DNA of 64,000 nucleotides from a virus. This document shows positions 1 through 9,808 of the stretch, piece after piece. The stretch covers positions 32,001-96,000 of the IMG/VR virus record IMGVR_UViG_3300042691_007361; one strand, written 5' to 3'. The stretch's first letter is position 1. Every line of letters starts with the position of its first letter. A program made the translations under genes and the position numbers. The notes below the pieces were generated by a model that saw nothing but the letters and a program-made list of their open reading frames with translations, searched no databases and was not told the DNA's origin.

Positions 1-81
1 ACTGGTAATGAAACAGTCTATGATGTATTTCTTTGGCTGAAAGAAAATTATCAACCACCAATTATAAGGAAAAAAGTATGA
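1..81 (+). CDS. 3' end of a hypothetical protein (partial, runs off the left edge)
   Basis: Frame 1 is open from base 1 (TGNETVYDVFLWLKENYQPPIIRKKV*). Its TGA at 79-81 overlaps the ATG at 78 of the next gene (ATGA coupling). Confidence 0.6.
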   Translation, partial: TGNETVYDVFLWLKENYQPPIIRKKV

Positions 82-515
82 AGACTATAAGTTCAAGGAT
101 CTTTGATACTAAAACTCGTAATCTTTATAGAAACCTGTGTAAGAAAATTGCTACAGAGCATTTTAATATTACACTGGTGTCAGACAGAAACTTTAATTAT
201 CTTTGGTTCATGTATACTAAAGGTGTACATGCTGGAGAGCCTGCGGATTTTATGATTATGTCAGAAATCAATCTTCTTAAGAATCTAGATATCATCACTG
301 ATGAACAAATAGAGAACATTACTAAGATGCTGTTATCTGATGACAATGATAATATCTACATTGCTCTAATGAGTATAAAGGCGCTAAGACTAATGAGAAT
401 TAAGAAACACGGAGACTATAACAATTCAGATAAAGTATCTCCGGAGTTTGTTGAAGCAGCTATGACTTACTCACAGTTTATTACACCTACAACAACCAAA
501 TTAGTTGAAAAATGA
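78..515 (+). CDS. Hypothetical protein containing an MLxSxDxDN helical motif
   Basis: The ORF track gives 33..515 from a TTG. ATG 78 is preferred because of ATGA coupling to the upstream ORF. Confidence 0.75.
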   Translation: MKTISSRIFDTKTRNLYRNLCKKIATEHFNITLVSDRNFNYLWFMYTKGVHAGEPADFMIMSEINLLKNLDIITDEQIENITKMLLSDDNDNIYIALMSIKALRLMRIKKHGDYNNSDKVSPEFVEAAMTYSQFITPTTTKLVEK

Positions 516-769
516 TAAGAGAACAAGAGTTAATTGAAGAAGGATTTGAAAGAGTTGATGTATTAACATCAGAAAGTGGTAATGAAAATGACTACCACCA
601 CTATCAGTTAGTATTGAATCCAGAGTTTACACTTATAAGTGAGGCCAGTGATGAAATCAATAACAATCAGTGGAATGTGTACTGCTATGAAATTGATGTA
701 ACAATTAAAGACATAGAAGATATACAAACTCTAATTGCCCTTCATCAAAAGTGGAAAAAGAATAGCTAA
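512..769 (+). CDS. Hypothetical protein
   Basis: 85-aa acidic ORF, translationally coupled on both sides. Confidence 0.75.
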   Translation: MIREQELIEEGFERVDVLTSESGNENDYHHYQLVLNPEFTLISEASDEINNNQWNVYCYEIDVTIKDIEDIQTLIALHQKWKKNS

Positions 770-1119
770 TGTTTACAGGTAAACTTGTGAAGAAGGATGG
801 CAAACTTGTCTACCCTAATTCAAAAGACAAAACTCTCTATGAGATCTTTATTAAGAATCTCAAGGAAGGAGAGGAACTTGATATTTTTATTAGTATATCC
901 GGTGTTAAAGCTTCAACAGCACAAATTTCTAAAGTACATACATGTATTAGAGTAATTGCTATGGATCTTGGTTACACCTTTGAGGAGATGAAACTCCTTG
1001 TAAAAGAACAAGCAGGATTAAAAGACAGATCATTTGCTGATTGCAACAAAGATGAGATAACACTAGCTATTGAAGCTTGTAATTGTATTGCGGAAGATAA
1101 TGGTATTAACCTTGGGTAG
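769..1119 (+). CDS. Hypothetical protein
   Basis: 116-aa ORF with TAATG overlap to the previous gene. Confidence 0.75.
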   Translation: MFTGKLVKKDGKLVYPNSKDKTLYEIFIKNLKEGEELDIFISISGVKASTAQISKVHTCIRVIAMDLGYTFEEMKLLVKEQAGLKDRSFADCNKDEITLAIEACNCIAEDNGINLG

Positions 1120-1420
1120 GCTGAACATAGCCTTCATCACCAGGTTCTAATATCTCTTTCTCGTCATACAAGTTACTTGCTGTAGCTTGTTTTTCAACTT
1201 CAGCAAGAAATAAGGTAATAGTATGGAATGCTCTTTCCCAGTCATCCATTTCTTCAAACTTACCTTCCATTATCTTTTTAAGTGAAGCTTCTTTAGATTC
1301 ATTATTTTCCTTTTGATTAAAAAGGTAAAATAAAACAGACTTCACCATTAGATAGTAATTCTTGTTTACTTTGATTTCAACAAGTGCATCATCTTTGAGT
1401 TCTTTAACTTTTACTGCCAT
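1106..1420 (-). CDS. Hypothetical protein, lone minus-strand gene in the replication block
   Basis: 104-aa ORF filling the gap between + strand genes, with natural composition and a TATATTTG box 4 nt upstream of its ATG. Confidence 0.75.
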   Translation of the reverse strand: MAVKVKELKDDALVEIKVNKNYYLMVKSVLFYLFNQKENNESKEASLKKIMEGKFEEMDDWERAFHTITLFLAEVEKQATASNLYDEKEILEPGDEGYVQPTQG

Positions 1421-1424
1421 AACA

Positions 1425-1432
1425 CAAATATA
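1425..1432 (-). promoter_or_regulatory. Bacteroidota-type -7 promoter element (TATATTTG)
   Basis: The reverse complement of caaatata matches TAnnTTTG, directly upstream of the 1420 start codon. Confidence 0.55.
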
Positions 1433-1438
1433 AAAATT

Positions 1439-2152
1439 ATGAGTGATAAACTTGATATTGAAGAGATAAAAGAAAAAGTATATGCTAAACTTGAACCTTC
1501 AGGCTGGGCAAGAGTGCTTAGAGGATTTATCTATAGTAAAGACTTTGAGACAATAATTCTTACTCTGGCAAAACAAGCTAGAGATGGTAAGAGGTTTACT
1601 CCTACTATGAAGAATTGGTTCAGAGCTTTTGAGGAATGTTCCTATAGTGAGCTTAAAGTAATTATTGTTGGTCAGGATCCATACCCGGGACTTAATCAAG
1701 CTGATGGAATTGCATTTAGTCTAAGTACTGCAGAAGAGATGCAACCTAGTCTTAAGTATATGCTAGAAGAAATAAACAGAACTGTTTATAATGGTGTCAA
1801 TGCTTCTAGAGATATGGACTTAAAACGCTGGTCTAATCAAGGTGTGTTAATGTTAAACTCAGCTTTGACAACATCAGTTGGTAAGATAGGTCAGCATTAT
1901 TTAGTATGGAGACCTTTTCTTGCTTATCTGTTTGACTGGTTAACCTGGAATAACAACGGTCTCGTGTATATCTATATGGGTAAAAAAGCAGAAGAATGGT
2001 CAGATAGTGTTAATGATAATAACTACAAGTTTTTTGTTACACATCCAGCTAGTGCTTCCTATAATCATTTAGATCAATGGGACTCCAAAAAAGTTTTTGA
2101 ACAAACAAAGGAGATTTTGCAGAAGAATTATAACTTTGATATTGAATGGTAA
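1439..2152 (+). CDS. ung: Uracil-DNA glycosylase, family 1
   Basis: Motifs VIIVGQDPYP, ADGIAFS, QPSL, W.NQGVLMLN..LT and HPAS. Confidence 0.95.
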   Translation: MSDKLDIEEIKEKVYAKLEPSGWARVLRGFIYSKDFETIILTLAKQARDGKRFTPTMKNWFRAFEECSYSELKVIIVGQDPYPGLNQADGIAFSLSTAEEMQPSLKYMLEEINRTVYNGVNASRDMDLKRWSNQGVLMLNSALTTSVGKIGQHYLVWRPFLAYLFDWLTWNNNGLVYIYMGKKAEEWSDSVNDNNYKFFVTHPASASYNHLDQWDSKKVFEQTKEILQKNYNFDIEW

Positions 2153-2153
2153 T

Positions 2154-2747
2154 ATGGAGGAGATATTTTTTAAAACAATAAGTCTCGGACTCACACCAAA
2201 TTCCTTGTATATTCTTTATTGTATTGGTAAAAACAATGTACCAAGCTCAACAGTAAACTCTAGCATAGAGATGGCTAGATTGACTACAGGAGAATGGTTG
2301 ATAGATGGTAAACCTTCTGGTAAGGCAATACTATTGATTCAAGAGTTAGACAAGTATTTTAAGACTAGTAAAAAGAAGACATCAGCTAATATAATGGGTG
2401 ATGATTTCTTTACTAGAATTGAGGAATATTTGGAAATTTTTCCTAAATTTAAACTTCCAAGCAACAAGTATGCTAGGTCTGATAAGAAGAATTTAGAGAA
2501 CAACTTTAGATGGTTCTTTGAGACTCACAGCTATGATTGGGATACTATAATCAATGCTACAAAAATGTACGTTGATGAGTATGAAAGACAAGGATACAAG
2601 TATATGAGAACTTCTCAGTATTTTATCCGGAAGCTTAATCCAGCAGAAAAGACATTTGAGTCTGAGCTAGCAAACTATTGTGAAGTTTATTTGAATGGTA
2701 GTGATGATTATGGGCATGATTCTCATTTTAAAGAAAAAGTAGTATGA
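2154..2747 (+). CDS. Conserved hypothetical protein upstream of the helicase (possible replication initiator or loader)
   Basis: The ORF track gives 2097..2747. ATG 2154, just after the ung stop, is more plausible. Function is inferred from position only. Confidence 0.6.
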   Translation: MEEIFFKTISLGLTPNSLYILYCIGKNNVPSSTVNSSIEMARLTTGEWLIDGKPSGKAILLIQELDKYFKTSKKKTSANIMGDDFFTRIEEYLEIFPKFKLPSNKYARSDKKNLENNFRWFFETHSYDWDTIINATKMYVDEYERQGYKYMRTSQYFIRKLNPAEKTFESELANYCEVYLNGSDDYGHDSHFKEKVV

Positions 2748-2920
2748 TTGATAAACTTAAGCTTCTGTGCCTAGCTATAATGGGCACAATGATAGGATAT
2801 GGTTTTTCCAAAATCCTAATTCCTGAGATTTCTTTCTTTAAGTACTTTGCTATTGAAGCAGTGATAACTCTACTGCATGCATTGTATGAAAGAACAAAGG
2901 CCAAGACAAGAAATATTTAG
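2744..2920 (+). CDS. Small putative membrane protein (58 aa, absent from the ORF track)
   Basis: MIDKLKLLCLAIMGTMIGYGFSKILIPEISFFKYFAIEAVITLLHALYERTKAKTRNI*. ATGA overlap with the upstream stop, two hydrophobic segments and a basic tail. Confidence 0.65.
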   Translation: MIDKLKLLCLAIMGTMIGYGFSKILIPEISFFKYFAIEAVITLLHALYERTKAKTRNI

Positions 2921-2926
2921 TGGTTT

Positions 2927-3937
2927 ATGGATAATCAAAAGAAGGCTGCTCCTAAGAAAAAATGGAATAGTCAAAGAGAGGGTTTTCAAGATTCTCTAAA
3001 ATATCTACAGGGCAGAATGCATGGGCATATAAAGAGTCTTAGAACTCCATGGCCTAAGTTTAATGATGCTACTACAGATGGAATAGAGTGGAATACACTC
3101 ACTGTTATAGGCGGAAGACCGGCTAGTGGTAAGACACTGATTGCAGAACAGATTGTTAGGGAATCATTTCCTCTCAATCCAGGTGAGAACTTTAGAGTTC
3201 TGCAGTTTCAGTTTGAGATGCTAGCAAGAACCTCTGCAATACGTGAGTATTCCAGTGTTATTGGAAGGTCTTACAAGTACTTGTGTAGTGCTGATGGAAA
3301 ACTAAGTGATGCTGATTTACAAAGATGTTATGATTACGCAAAAGAAAAGATAAAATATCCAATTGATGTAGTAGAAACTCCGTGTACCATAGAGGAATTT
3401 AAGGAGATTGTTAGGGATTACATGCTTTCTAATGCAAGTTATGATTCAGAAGGGAATATGATTATGCCAAAAGTGCTGATTACTATAGATCACTCTTTGT
3501 TGTTTAAGAAAGCTAGCTATGAGAAAGACAAGCATGATATGCTTAATAATCTTGGTGAAGCTTTAACTCTACTCAAAAGACAATATTCATTGTCATTTAT
3601 TGTGCTGAGTCAGCTCAATAGAAACATTGATAATCCAGAGAGAAGTGAAGAGGGTAAGTATGGTAATTATGTACTTGAGTCTGATTTATTCGGGGCTGAT
3701 GCTCTGTTACAGCATGCTGATACTGTTATAGGTATCAATAGACCTGCTAAACAGAAGATTAGGTTTTATGGCCCTGATAGGTATGTGATTGAAGATGATA
3801 GAGTTATTGTCTTGCACTTTCTGAAATGTAGGAATGGTGATACAAGACTTAGCTTTTTCAGAGCTGAATTTGAAAAGATGAAAATTGTAGAAATGATTAC
3901 ACCTCCTCAACAGGAGAAAAGATTATCAACTAAATGA
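2927..3937 (+). CDS. DnaB-like (SF4) replicative helicase
   Basis: Walker A GGRPASGKT, FQFEM, ITIDH (Walker B), LSQLNR, ESDLFGADALLQHAD and KCRNG. Confidence 0.92.
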   Translation: MDNQKKAAPKKKWNSQREGFQDSLKYLQGRMHGHIKSLRTPWPKFNDATTDGIEWNTLTVIGGRPASGKTLIAEQIVRESFPLNPGENFRVLQFQFEMLARTSAIREYSSVIGRSYKYLCSADGKLSDADLQRCYDYAKEKIKYPIDVVETPCTIEEFKEIVRDYMLSNASYDSEGNMIMPKVLITIDHSLLFKKASYEKDKHDMLNNLGEALTLLKRQYSLSFIVLSQLNRNIDNPERSEEGKYGNYVLESDLFGADALLQHADTVIGINRPAKQKIRFYGPDRYVIEDDRVIVLHFLKCRNGDTRLSFFRAEFEKMKIVEMITPPQQEKRLSTK

Positions 3938-3945
3938 TGTAAATT

Positions 3946-4482
3946 ATGAGTTTATCAACTAAAGCAACAAATGTAAACAGACAGGAGAAGACTGAGGAGT
4001 TGCTCAAACATCATGATTGGAAGTTTAAGTTAATGCAAGATGAGAACCCTTTATTTATTCCTAAGTGTGCTTATATACCTAAAGGTATGAATGAGACACA
4101 TATTGGCTTCTTTCAAAGTGAAGTCAAAAAAGGTAGGGATATCTATACTGAGTTCACTAGCATTGACCTAGAACCTGAAGATCCTGAGAGAGCACTCTAC
4201 AAGTGGAGATTTAATCCTCATTATGATGAGGAGTATGAACGTACTGAACCAGGTACAAATGGTCATTTTAGATATTTAATACCAGTATCTGAGTTAGTAA
4301 AGATTGAGTTTGAGAAGGAAGAACCTACTCAAGCTACATTGTTCCCAGACTTTGATGAGATTATGGATCCTGATCAAGATGCACCGTTTAATCAAATTAC
4401 TCTACGTGATTTGGCAGCTATCATGCTAAGTAAACCGGTGAGTCACAAACAATGGTTAAATGAAATTATTAAATCAAAGTAA
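3946..4482 (+). CDS. Hypothetical protein (contains QATLF, a possible clamp-binding motif)
   Basis: 178-aa ORF in the replication cluster. Confidence 0.7.
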   Translation: MSLSTKATNVNRQEKTEELLKHHDWKFKLMQDENPLFIPKCAYIPKGMNETHIGFFQSEVKKGRDIYTEFTSIDLEPEDPERALYKWRFNPHYDEEYERTEPGTNGHFRYLIPVSELVKIEFEKEEPTQATLFPDFDEIMDPDQDAPFNQITLRDLAAIMLSKPVSHKQWLNEIIKSK

Positions 4483-4484
4483 TC

Positions 4485-5234
4485 ATGGGAATAGTATTGC
4501 CAACTACAAAGGTGGCTCCAGAATGTAAGAGCCCCAAAAATCTGATTATCTTCTCAAAGCCAAAGATTGGTAAGACAAGTCTATTAAGTACTCTTGATAA
4601 CTGTCTTATTCTTGACTTAGAAGGAGGTACTAAGTATCTTAATGCAATGAAGGTTGAAGCTAAGAGCTTTGAGGATCTCAAAGAAATTGGTAAAGCAATC
4701 AAAGATGCGGGTAATCCGTACAAGTATATTGCTGTAGATACTATAACTGCATTAGAGGAGATGATAATTCCTTATGCAGAAATGCTTTATTCAAAAGCTC
4801 CAATGGGTAAAAACTGGTTTAATCCAGGCGGTGGTAAAGAGAAATATGGTAACATTCTTGGCTTGCCAGAGGGTGCAGGATATTTCTGGACACGTCAGGC
4901 TTTTACCAAAGTCATTGATTATATTCTAACATGGGCTCCATACGTAATCTTTGTAGGTCACGTAAAGGATACTCAGTTAGAGAAAGCTGGAGGTACATTT
5001 AATGCCATGGATTTAGATTTAACAGGTAAACTGAAGAGGATTACAACATCCAATTCAGATGCTATTGGTTATCTCTATAGAAAAGGTAATAAAAACATCT
5101 TGAGCTTCAGAACCAATGATGATATATCATGTGGAGCAAGACCAGAGCATCTTAGAAATGAAGAAATAGTAGTTTCTGAGGTTGATGAGAACGGTGAGTA
5201 TAAGACTTACTGGGATAAAATATTTATTGATTAA
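4485..5234 (+). CDS. AAA_24 / Sak4-like P-loop ATPase (recombination, ssDNA annealing)
   Basis: SKPKIGKTS Walker A, LILDLEGG, YIAVDTIT, FVGH and DAIGYL, adjacent to an SSB-like gene. Confidence 0.8.
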   Translation: MGIVLPTTKVAPECKSPKNLIIFSKPKIGKTSLLSTLDNCLILDLEGGTKYLNAMKVEAKSFEDLKEIGKAIKDAGNPYKYIAVDTITALEEMIIPYAEMLYSKAPMGKNWFNPGGGKEKYGNILGLPEGAGYFWTRQAFTKVIDYILTWAPYVIFVGHVKDTQLEKAGGTFNAMDLDLTGKLKRITTSNSDAIGYLYRKGNKNILSFRTNDDISCGARPEHLRNEEIVVSEVDENGEYKTYWDKIFID

Positions 5235-5250
5235 TTAAAAACAAAGTAAA

Positions 5251-5934
5251 ATGGCTTTAAGCACAACAGATTTAGGAAAAGAAGGTGGTTCAGGACTACC
5301 TAAAACAATTGCACCAGGTAACTTAACACTAAAGATTAATAGTGTAACACTTGAGGAATTCAAATTTATTCCTAATGCGTATCATCTGCTATTGAATGTA
5401 GAAACAGAACCTATTGATGGTTATGAAGGTTTCTTGATTGACAAAGACAATGAATCTCTTGGACGTTATGCAGGTCAAATTGGTAGAGTGAAAGCTAGCC
5501 AATATGCATTTGCTGATGGTAAAACCAAAACAGGTATTGAGGTTCAGAGAGATAGATCAATCTTAATCTTCCTACAGAAACTCTGTAAAACTTTGGGACT
5601 TAATGATTGGTTTGTATCCCAGAATGATAAACATGATACTATTGAAGACTTTGTAGAAGCTTTCAATAAAGACATGGCTTATAAAGATATATATTTTGAT
5701 GCTTGTGTAGCAGGTAAGGAATATGAAGGTAAGTCTGGGTATACCAATTACGATATGTGGTTCCCAAGAGATGGTAAAGGAGTATATGCAATTGCTTCTA
5801 AAGGTGGTGCTGTTCTTTCATATAATGAGACTGAACACCTCAAGAAAATGGAGACTAAAACAGTTACTTCATTTGGAGATGATGATGATTTGGATATTCC
5901 AAAAAGAGCAGCTTCTGACTTCAGCCTAGACTAA
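5251..5934 (+). CDS. Putative single-stranded DNA-binding protein
   Basis: Beta-rich body with an acidic C-terminal tail (DDDDLDIPKRAASDFSLD), located between the Sak4-like ATPase and primase. Confidence 0.55.
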   Translation: MALSTTDLGKEGGSGLPKTIAPGNLTLKINSVTLEEFKFIPNAYHLLLNVETEPIDGYEGFLIDKDNESLGRYAGQIGRVKASQYAFADGKTKTGIEVQRDRSILIFLQKLCKTLGLNDWFVSQNDKHDTIEDFVEAFNKDMAYKDIYFDACVAGKEYEGKSGYTNYDMWFPRDGKGVYAIASKGGAVLSYNETEHLKKMETKTVTSFGDDDDLDIPKRAASDFSLD

Positions 5935-5942
5935 ATAGTTAT

Positions 5943-5969
5943 AGGGGAGTTGGAAACAGCTCCCCTTTT
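5943..5969 (+). terminator. Rho-independent terminator
   Basis: GGGGAGTTG-GAAA-CAGCTCCCC hairpin followed by TTTT. Confidence 0.75.
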
Positions 5970-5986
5970 CTATTAAATTTACAGCT

Positions 5987-6964
5987 ATGATTTCAACAAT
6001 TAAATTAATTACATCTATATCAGATGTACCAAGAGAATGGGTATTTGAATATTATCTGAATCTAAAAGAAAAACTTACCGGTCAAGATGTAAAAATGCTA
6101 TCAGCATTTAATTCTAAAGACAAGGTCCCATCAATGTTTGTGTACTTTGATACATTTACAGGAAGATATAAGTTTAAGGATTTCTCATCTGGGCACCAAG
6201 GTAGTCATGTTGATTTGGTTAGGTATATGTATAACCTAGATACATCATCAGCTTTAGGTAAAATAATAGCTGATTATGAAAACTATATCAAAGACAATGG
6301 TAAACGTGAGGAGGTTGAATTAAAGATTCAAGATAGATATAAAGTAGTTGATTATGAAATAAGACACTGGACTAACCTTGATGAGGCATATTGGTCTAAA
6401 TATAAGATTGGATCAAAGTTACTTGAGTATTATAATGTAGCTCCTCTAGAGTTTTTCAAGATGGAGAAAGAAGAAGATGGAGAATTGTTGTCTCACACTT
6501 TTAACCGTAAATATGTTTATGGTTATTTTAGAAAGGACGGTAGTCTTTATAAGATTTATATGCCCAAGATAACAGATAAGAAATTTATTAAGGTTCAAAA
6601 TTATATTCAGGGTAGTGATCAAATAAACTACAAAAACAATAACTTAGTTATTACATCTTCTCTAAAGGACTTAATGTGTTTTGTTAAGCTTGGCTATAAA
6701 CATATTGAAGTTATTGCACCAGACAGTGAGAATAGTATGCTTACTGAGCATACAGTAAAAATGTTAAGGAGTAAGTTTAAGAAGATATGTGTATTGTTTG
6801 ATAATGATACTGCCGGCAAAGCATCAATGCAAAAGTATCAAGATAGATATGGGTTTGAACCAATACTACTTGATATGGAGAAGGATTTATCTGACTCTAT
6901 TGCTATGCATGGTCTGATTAAAGTTAAAGAGAAACTTGATTTATTAATTAAAGACAGATTCTAA
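5987..6964 (+). CDS. DNA primase (TOPRIM, crAss-type DnaG-like)
   Basis: FKDF N-terminal motif, LVITSSLKD, LFDNDTAG (DxD) and KDLSD. Confidence 0.85.
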   Translation: MISTIKLITSISDVPREWVFEYYLNLKEKLTGQDVKMLSAFNSKDKVPSMFVYFDTFTGRYKFKDFSSGHQGSHVDLVRYMYNLDTSSALGKIIADYENYIKDNGKREEVELKIQDRYKVVDYEIRHWTNLDEAYWSKYKIGSKLLEYYNVAPLEFFKMEKEEDGELLSHTFNRKYVYGYFRKDGSLYKIYMPKITDKKFIKVQNYIQGSDQINYKNNNLVITSSLKDLMCFVKLGYKHIEVIAPDSENSMLTEHTVKMLRSKFKKICVLFDNDTAGKASMQKYQDRYGFEPILLDMEKDLSDSIAMHGLIKVKEKLDLLIKDRF

Positions 6965-7380
6965 TGTGGATATACATGGGTAAAGAGTTTACTGAAGCTG
7001 ACATTCCTGAAGAGGCTGTTGGCTTTGTCTATGAAATGATGAGCATCATTGATGGTAAACTTGTTAGATATATAGGAAAGAAAAACTTCTACGCAGATGT
7101 AAAAGTCAAGTTAGGCAAGAAAGCTATGCCTACAGATAAAAGACTTAAGACATACAAGCGTGTACGCAAAACAACTTATCTTAATTACTATAGCAGTAAT
7201 GAGACACTAAAGCAAGCTCATAAAGATAAAATACAAATCAAACGTGAGATACTAATGATATGTTATAGTCCCACTGAACTTACATATCAGGAAGCAAAGT
7301 TGCTGTTTTGCAGAGATGTTCTTGATGATCCTATGTACCTAAACTCTAACATCTTAGGTAGATTTTACAAAACAAAATAG
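6964..7380 (+). CDS. GIY-YIG family endonuclease (T4 endonuclease II-like)
   Basis: GFVY...RYIGKK, YYSS, REIL, catalytic E (TYQEAK) and YLNSNILGRF. Confidence 0.8.
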   Translation: MWIYMGKEFTEADIPEEAVGFVYEMMSIIDGKLVRYIGKKNFYADVKVKLGKKAMPTDKRLKTYKRVRKTTYLNYYSSNETLKQAHKDKIQIKREILMICYSPTELTYQEAKLLFCRDVLDDPMYLNSNILGRFYKTK

Positions 7381-7382
7381 TT

Positions 7383-7805
7383 ATGACAGAACTAGAAATG
7401 ACAGGCCTTCTCCTTGAGTTGGCTAATGAAGGTATTACTGGAATTAAAGTACATTATGCTGGGAGTGGTGACTCCGGGTCAATTGAAGAAATTGTATATA
7501 CAACAGAAAAATTAAACAGTGAAGATGAGGAAGATGCTTTTACTGAAATAGGTAATATGTATTTATATGGTGAAAATACAGATAGCCTAGAAGTATTAAA
7601 CAGCAGTCTTTATGCTAGACTACAAGATTTTCTTTATCAAAATGTACTTAATGATATAGAAGACTGGTACAATAATGATGGTGGTGATGGATATGTATAT
7701 ATTATGATTCCTTCAGGAAAGTATAAGATTGAGAATACTGTGTATTATACAAGTTCAGAAACTTATATACATGAAGGAGGTTTAATTAATAACACACTTT
7801 ACTAA
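7383..7805 (+). CDS. DUF6878-like protein
   Basis: VHYAGSGDSGSIE and DWYNNDGGDG motifs, paired with a DUF6915-like gene. Confidence 0.7.
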   Translation: MTELEMTGLLLELANEGITGIKVHYAGSGDSGSIEEIVYTTEKLNSEDEEDAFTEIGNMYLYGENTDSLEVLNSSLYARLQDFLYQNVLNDIEDWYNNDGGDGYVYIMIPSGKYKIENTVYYTSSETYIHEGGLINNTLY

Positions 7806-8152
7806 TGGCACATCCTTGGGATCATGCAAGGTCATCTGCTAAGAAGTTTGGCGGGTCACCAGTAGATTATATTGAAATCCATAATTGGTTTGATGAAACT
7901 AAAAAATGGATTGGGCATAGTAAACATAGAATGTTCCGTCACCATAGTGAAGGAATATTTGAATGTGAGCAAAGATTTGGTATGACTATTACCAACTCTG
8001 ATGGTAAACAAGTTTATGTAAGATATATTGGAGAACAGCATGTAAAAGAGGATTGCTTTGGTTACATACCAAGTGCAAAAGAATGGGTTAAGGCTTTAGA
8101 GTCTGGTAAACCTGAAGAATGGATGATTAGAACATTAAAAATTGAAGACTGA
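7805..8152 (+). CDS. DUF6915-like His-rich protein
   Basis: AHP..HARSSAKKFGG, IHNWFDETK, HRMFRHHSEGIF, EQHVKED and GYIPS. Confidence 0.75.
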   Translation: MAHPWDHARSSAKKFGGSPVDYIEIHNWFDETKKWIGHSKHRMFRHHSEGIFECEQRFGMTITNSDGKQVYVRYIGEQHVKEDCFGYIPSAKEWVKALESGKPEEWMIRTLKIED

Positions 8153-8562
8153 TGAAAATTGCTAAAACAGAAGTAGAGAACATTATGAATATGCTTGTGT
8201 CAAGTGACACAGACAATGGATATCTAGCTTTTAAAGCTATTGAAGCACATGATTTTGACAGTAAAGAAACATTAGGTTATCTGATTTATTTCTATAAGTT
8301 CTGTAAGTATAATATGAGTGAGTGGAAAGAGCATGCACCAAAAGCACATGAGATATTACAACGTGTGTTTAAAGCGTATAATCTTGAGTCAGCACCAATT
8401 ACTTATTCAAGAGCATTACAACTTATGGTTGAATACAATGTTAGTGTAGATTCAATAGAATTGTTTTTGGAGAGACATGTAAAAGATCTTACTAATAGTT
8501 TGAGTGCTCTTGGTTATCCAACAGATAAGTTAGAGCTTACTATTAAATTAAAAGAGAAATGA
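8152..8562 (+). CDS. Hypothetical protein with N-terminal MLxSxDxDN motif
   Basis: 136-aa ORF coupled to both neighbours. Confidence 0.7.
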   Translation: MKIAKTEVENIMNMLVSSDTDNGYLAFKAIEAHDFDSKETLGYLIYFYKFCKYNMSEWKEHAPKAHEILQRVFKAYNLESAPITYSRALQLMVEYNVSVDSIELFLERHVKDLTNSLSALGYPTDKLELTIKLKEK

Positions 8563-9797
8563 CTAGAGAAGATAGTCTAGGTAAAGCTAGTAAAGAGTTA
8601 ATGTGGAAAGAGCCCTTCTATGGGTTCTTTCTACTTATGCTCAATAAAGTATGGGACAATAGAAGAGTTCCTACTGCCGGTGTAAGTAAGAATGGTATTA
8701 ACTATCAACTTGCTATCAATGAAGACTTCTGGACTGAGTTGAGTGAAGAACACCGGATTGGCTTGTTAAAGCATGAGTTATTGCATATAGCATACTTTCA
8801 TTTGAGTATGCATTTTAATTTCCCTGACAAAAGAATGGCCAATATTGCCATGGACATGGAGATTAACCAATATATTGATAAAGACCTTCTACCTGAAGGT
8901 GGTATTGATATTGCTAATTATACTGAATTAAATTTGGATCCTAAAGCTGGTTGCCGCTATTATTATGAAAAGCTAAAGCAAGCACAGCAACAGAAACAAC
9001 AGAATGGTAGTTCAGGCTGTCCTAACTTTGATAAGTTGTGTGATGCTATGGATCAAGGTCAAGGTACTGTAACTATACAAGTTAGTACAGGACCTAATGG
9101 TGAGATGGAGATTACTATTCCTGAACATGGTACATGGGAAGAGTTTGCTGATTTACCAGAAGCAGAGCAAAAGCTTATTCAGAATCAAATGAATAGACTA
9201 CTTCAGGAAGCTGCGGATCAAACTGAGAAGAAGCGTGGTACTGTTCCTGGGCATATTCAAGATCACTTGATTAAGATAACTCAGCTAGAACCACCAAAGT
9301 TTGATTGGCGTGGACACATACGTAGATTCACAGGTACAAGTACTAAAATCTTTACCAAGAAGATTAGGAGAAAAGAGAATAGAAGATATTCTGAGAATCC
9401 AGGTCTTAAGATAAAGATGAAACAACACATGCTGCTAGCTATTGATACTTCAGGTTCTGTAAGTGACAAAGAAGTAGAAGAGTTTATGTCAGAGATCAAA
9501 CACATTCACAAGTGTGGTGTTGATGTAACTATTATTCAGTGTGATACAACAATCAGATCTATTGAACCATATAATGGTAAAGATGAGCTTAAGATACACG
9601 GAAGAGGTGGGACTGAATTTGATCCCGTCCTAGAGTATTATAATGAGAATCTGCGTAAGTATACCAGCCTAGTGTATTTTACTGATGGTGAGTGCACTGC
9701 TGATGTAAAACCTAAAGCTCCCGTATTATGGGTGCTGTCTGAACAGTCAAGTATGAATAAAAGCCTACCGGGCAAAGTAATTAAGTTAGAACTTTAA
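8559..9797 (+). CDS. Metallopeptidase-like domain plus vWA domain protein (DUF2201 family)
   Basis: HELLH (HExxH) with ANIAMDMEINQ, and a C-terminal vWA with MIDAS DTSGS, GRGGTEF and YFTDG. Confidence 0.88.
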   Translation: MTREDSLGKASKELMWKEPFYGFFLLMLNKVWDNRRVPTAGVSKNGINYQLAINEDFWTELSEEHRIGLLKHELLHIAYFHLSMHFNFPDKRMANIAMDMEINQYIDKDLLPEGGIDIANYTELNLDPKAGCRYYYEKLKQAQQQKQQNGSSGCPNFDKLCDAMDQGQGTVTIQVSTGPNGEMEITIPEHGTWEEFADLPEAEQKLIQNQMNRLLQEAADQTEKKRGTVPGHIQDHLIKITQLEPPKFDWRGHIRRFTGTSTKIFTKKIRRKENRRYSENPGLKIKMKQHMLLAIDTSGSVSDKEVEEFMSEIKHIHKCGVDVTIIQCDTTIRSIEPYNGKDELKIHGRGGTEFDPVLEYYNENLRKYTSLVYFTDGECTADVKPKAPVLWVLSEQSSMNKSLPGKVIKLEL

Positions 9798-9808
9798 AAA
9801 TTAAACAA

